From NCBI GenBank assembly GCA_963667565.1, contig OY763415.1:928001-992000 (forward strand): DNA of 64,000 nt, given 5' to 3'. The stretch is from Acholeplasmataceae bacterium (lineage in GTDB: Bacteria > Bacillota_I > Bacilli_A > Acholeplasmatales > Acholeplasmataceae). This document shows positions 60,688-64,000 of the stretch, in pieces; positions within the stretch are counted from its first letter, which is position 1; the number at the start of each line of letters is the position of its first letter. Position numbers and translations under genes: made by a program. The notes below the pieces were generated by a model. That model saw only the letters and a list, made by a program, of their open reading frames with translations. It was not told where the DNA came from and searched no databases.

Positions 60688-61888
60688 CTATTGGTTCCTC
60701 CGTTCCAACTTGATATTGATTTGCTTTGTCGGCATCCACAAAGTTTAATGATTGAAGTCGTTTATTTCCACCTTCAATAGGTTCTAATCCTAGAAGAGCT
60801 CTCGATTCATTAAGCGACATAATCCCAAGACTCATTAATTTCTCGATTGCATTTACTTTGGTATTCCATGAAGCATATTGTAATCTTTCACTATAAAAGA
60901 TAATCTGTTCTCCACGTTCTAGTTGATTATCTGTTAATAGACCTAAAGAAAAAGCCTCACTAAGTTGAATAGCTAAAGGCTCAATCGTTGACTCATAGAA
61001 TGAGTTATATTCATCCTCTGTATATTTGTTCGTAAAGATTGGAACTGACACTCCAAAGTAATCTAGGATTTTTGCTTGTAAGAATTCCAGTGTATCTTTA
61101 TCAATTAACTTTGGATCAACCGCTAAAGGAATATATTCTGATTTCAAATCAATCGGAATAATCGAACTTCCCTTTAAACTTACCGATTCTGATAGTGCAG
61201 CATCGAATAGTTCTCTTTGTTTCTTCTTGTCGGTTTCTGATAACATCCCATTCATCTTCAATATACCTTTTATTTGCATGGAAGATTTGATTGCATTATC
61301 GATTCCCTGAAGTAAGCTATCATTGATGGATATTGTTTTAAGGATTGCTTCATGGTCACCTGTGGATCCAGTTCCACCAAAGATATCGTTTTGTCCAAAA
61401 TGTCGCCTTAAATGAATCACGTTATCATAAGGAAGAATATACGATTCACCATTATCAAATAAAAACTTAATGAAGTAAGCATCAGAATTATCCACGATGA
61501 TTTCAACTGTGATAGGTCGTAATGGATAGATACCTTTCAGTTCACCTGTATCTTTATCAAACTTTGGATAGACAAATGCATTATCGTTAAGCAATAACAA
61601 GGTTATCGTTTTGTAGATGAAGTCATATGGTGTCATGATTTCATTTGGTTTATACTTCAAAAGAAAAGAAAGCCTACCTTTTTTCTCGGTTACTGTCTTA
61701 TCGTTTTCGGTTTTTATAAATCTTGGTTTGAGTTTCGCACATTGGCTGGCGACTCGATCAATACATATCTTAACGACATCACTATTTGAAATGTTAGATC
61801 CAAATGGTGTATAAAATGTATTAAAATTGCTAATTAACTGGAGTGCATCAAATGATCCAGTTTTACTTTTTCTTTTAATTAAGCCCAT
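60671..61888 (-). CDS. Portal protein (HK97 family)
   Basis: KPNEIMT, VIHLR, FGVS, SLNESR. Confidence 0.92.
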   Translation of the reverse strand: MGLIKRKSKTGSFDALQLISNFNTFYTPFGSNISNSDVVKICIDRVASQCAKLKPRFIKTENDKTVTEKKGRLSFLLKYKPNEIMTPYDFIYKTITLLLLNDNAFVYPKFDKDTGELKGIYPLRPITVEIIVDNSDAYFIKFLFDNGESYILPYDNVIHLRRHFGQNDIFGGTGSTGDHEAILKTISINDSLLQGIDNAIKSSMQIKGILKMNGMLSETDKKKQRELFDAALSESVSLKGSSIIPIDLKSEYIPLAVDPKLIDKDTLEFLQAKILDYFGVSVPIFTNKYTEDEYNSFYESTIEPLAIQLSEAFSLGLLTDNQLERGEQIIFYSERLQYASWNTKVNAIEKLMSLGIMSLNESRALLGLEPIEGGNKRLQSLNFVDADKANQYQVGTEEPIDENNS

Positions 61889-61897
61889 TTGAACCTC

Positions 61898-63541
61898 CTA
61901 TAGCATATTCTCATAATCTGTTTTATATCTATTTAAAATAACATAAGCAATGATTAAGGCTACTGTTCCATCAATACGCTTGTATTTTGAGTTCAGCTTT
62001 GACGGTTGGATATTTCCATTTAAGTCTACCTTCGCTTGTGTATTAGAAAGACACCATTTTAAGATTGGGTTGTTATTATAGTTTACTAAGTTATTCTTTA
62101 AGTCCGCTTCTAGGATTTTCATGGGTTCAGATAAAGAGTAAATTCCCTGTCTAACTTTATCCATATTGAATCCTAAGTCTTCCATTTCTTTAATCCAATA
62201 CTGAGAGTTCCAAGGGTCGAACCCAACCCACAAAGGTCTAATACCATATGTTTGAATCATCTTCATGAACCACTGAGTGACTAAACTAAAATCGTTTTGA
62301 TTGCCTTCAGTTAAAGTCACAAAGCCTTTCTTTATCCAAATATCATAAGGTACATTGTCTTCTTTGATTCTTTTTTCTACGACTTCACTTGGCATAAAGA
62401 AATGAGGTATTACAAACTTCTTGTTGCTATCTCGTTTTTGGATAACCAAGACTGCAGCTGTTAAGTCGGTTGTTGATGACAAGTCCACACCACCGACAGC
62501 ATATGAATCTCGTAAGTCATCAATTGAGTAATTATCTTCATTGTTTAGATCATCAAATGATAACCATGAACCTGAATCTGCTTGTTTGATATTAAAGTCT
62601 TTACATAACATCGTCACCCTTGTGGATAAGTCATGCTTCGATTTGTTCATGATATCTTCTAGATAGTTATTTAGTTTTACGACTCCAATACTAGGATTCG
62701 ACTTTTGCCATGTGATTGGATCCTCGTATATCTCCTTAGTAGAATCTTGTGTGTAGAGCCAGGGAAGTACTCTGTTATCATCGATTTCACCCTTGAGCAT
62801 CTTTCTGGCATAATCTAATTTACTATCTAAAAAACCACCGATTGTAGTTCCTTCAGTGGTAATGATAAATATAAGTGGTTCTTTCTTGGTTGATTGCGAT
62901 TGTTTGATTGCATCATAGACTTTGGAATCTGTCATTTCATGGACCTCATCTATACAACCAACTTCGATATTGTATCCATCTTTGTTTCTCGATTGAGCAG
63001 ATAACTTCTTGATCTTGTTTTTAGTCTTTGGAGAATAGATGTGATAGATGTTTTTCTTACTTCTTGTTTCCTTTGATAAGGCTGGAGATTGTTCTCGCAT
63101 GTTGTTAATCTCTTCAAATAGGATGTTGGCTTGTTCTGTAGTATTCGAAGCACAGACAATATCAACGCCACCACTTGAAAGAAAGAATTCAGCTAAATCT
63201 ATACCAGCAACAAATGTTGTCTTTCCATTCTTACGTGCAATAAGTAAGATAACCTCATTGAATCTACGCAATCCTGAATCAGCCATCTTAAAACCATAAG
63301 CTGTTTGAATGAGTGCTTTTTCCCATAACTCTAATATGAACGGCATTCCATTGAATGGTGATTTCGTATGTTTACAAAACGTTTCAATGAAATCAATTCT
63401 CAAATTACCTGGTTTCTCATCAAAGATGTATGCTGGGTTATCGAGATCTACAATTAATTGATCTAACTCTGCCTTGAGTTCTTGTCCTACGATGATGTTG
63501 CCATTTTCAATTTCATTGTAATACTCGACTAAATAGTTCAT
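61898..63541 (-). CDS. terL: Terminase large subunit
   Basis: ARKNGKT, IDEVH, GVDLS, RIDG. Confidence 0.95.
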   Translation of the reverse strand: MNYLVEYYNEIENGNIIVGQELKAELDQLIVDLDNPAYIFDEKPGNLRIDFIETFCKHTKSPFNGMPFILELWEKALIQTAYGFKMADSGLRRFNEVILLIARKNGKTTFVAGIDLAEFFLSSGGVDIVCASNTTEQANILFEEINNMREQSPALSKETRSKKNIYHIYSPKTKNKIKKLSAQSRNKDGYNIEVGCIDEVHEMTDSKVYDAIKQSQSTKKEPLIFIITTEGTTIGGFLDSKLDYARKMLKGEIDDNRVLPWLYTQDSTKEIYEDPITWQKSNPSIGVVKLNNYLEDIMNKSKHDLSTRVTMLCKDFNIKQADSGSWLSFDDLNNEDNYSIDDLRDSYAVGGVDLSSTTDLTAAVLVIQKRDSNKKFVIPHFFMPSEVVEKRIKEDNVPYDIWIKKGFVTLTEGNQNDFSLVTQWFMKMIQTYGIRPLWVGFDPWNSQYWIKEMEDLGFNMDKVRQGIYSLSEPMKILEADLKNNLVNYNNNPILKWCLSNTQAKVDLNGNIQPSKLNSKYKRIDGTVALIIAYVILNRYKTDYENML

Positions 63542-63882
63542 TCATTTGCTCGCTTAAGAAATTCATCAAATGCATCATCTCCATCATCTACTTGTGTTCC
63601 AAGTATGGTATTTAAAGTTTTAATCACTGTGCCATAAGAATTCACAAGTTTTGTGTAGTACTTGGCTGCTTCAGTTTGACGTTGTGTGCCTTTTGATGAG
63701 ACTTGGACTGCACCGTGCTTTTTAATCTGTTCTTGTAACTTATCAAGTTCCACTTTCATAAATGAAGCTTGATAAATTAAATTATCTACTAATTCTGTCT
63801 TCGATTCATCAACCAAAGAAAAAAGCGACTTTAATCGCTCGTATTCATAATTAACATCTTTAATTTTCGACACAATCAACAC
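63538..63882 (-). CDS. terS: Terminase small subunit (P27-like)
   Basis: Directly upstream of terL; helical, DAFDEF tail. Confidence 0.8.
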   Translation of the reverse strand: MLIVSKIKDVNYEYERLKSLFSLVDESKTELVDNLIYQASFMKVELDKLQEQIKKHGAVQVSSKGTQRQTEAAKYYTKLVNSYGTVIKTLNTILGTQVDDGDDAFDEFLKRANE

Positions 63883-63998
63883 CTCTCTTCTGAATTATCA
63901 TTAATCAACTCAATAGTATCTTGCTCAGGTATAACTGCCAACCCTCCCCAAGTACCATGAAGTTGATTAAGTCCATCGATAAATTCAATGACACCTTC
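63876..63998 (-). CDS. 3' part of DUF4314-like protein
   Basis: EGVIEFIDGLNQLHGTWGGLAVIPEQD; truncated by window edge. Confidence 0.55.
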   Translation of the reverse strand, partial: EGVIEFIDGLNQLHGTWGGLAVIPEQDTIELINDNSEERC

Positions 63999-64000
63999 TC

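Larger units (their letters stand above)
42713..64000 (-). mobile_element. Siphovirus-type prophage (continues beyond window)
   Basis: Complete terS-to-holin gene order, twin serine recombinases, cargo. Confidence 0.92.

Noticed and set aside
1..64000. Genetic code 4 (TGA=Trp) for the host
   Set aside because: Long genes are open under code 11 and several end in TGA adjacent to the next start

Overview
AT-rich DNA using the standard code (TGA = stop), most consistent with an Acholeplasmatales/Izemoplasmatales-like wall-less bacterium (inference from composition, gene content and a lysin-less prophage). Four blocks. (1) 1-15327: right part of a mobile island. It holds an ssb-like fragment, a zinc-peptidase-led operon with a Pycsar cyclase/effector pair, and an Rgg/RRNPP regulator divergent from a propeptide - sigma factor - two degenerate-Fic/MNT fusions - 2241-aa Rhs - membrane immunity operon. 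It ends in a Tn7-like terminus (phased AACTCCGT repeats + ACA). (2) 15373-30525: ordinary host genes. (3) ~31077-42712: tandem array of cassettes that all join at one sequence (hairpin-CTTCTTATA|TGTGTAACACT) flanked by 21-22-bp phased repeats; two carry an Rgg regulator divergent from secreted effector/protease genes. (4) ~42713-64000: HK97-type siphoviral prophage with twin serine recombinases, cargo genes and no recognisable endolysin. Best candidate novel systems: the RRNPP-peptide-sigma-Fic/MNT-Rhs locus and the repeat-bounded Rgg effector-cassette array. All calls are by-eye motif recognition; no searches were run.
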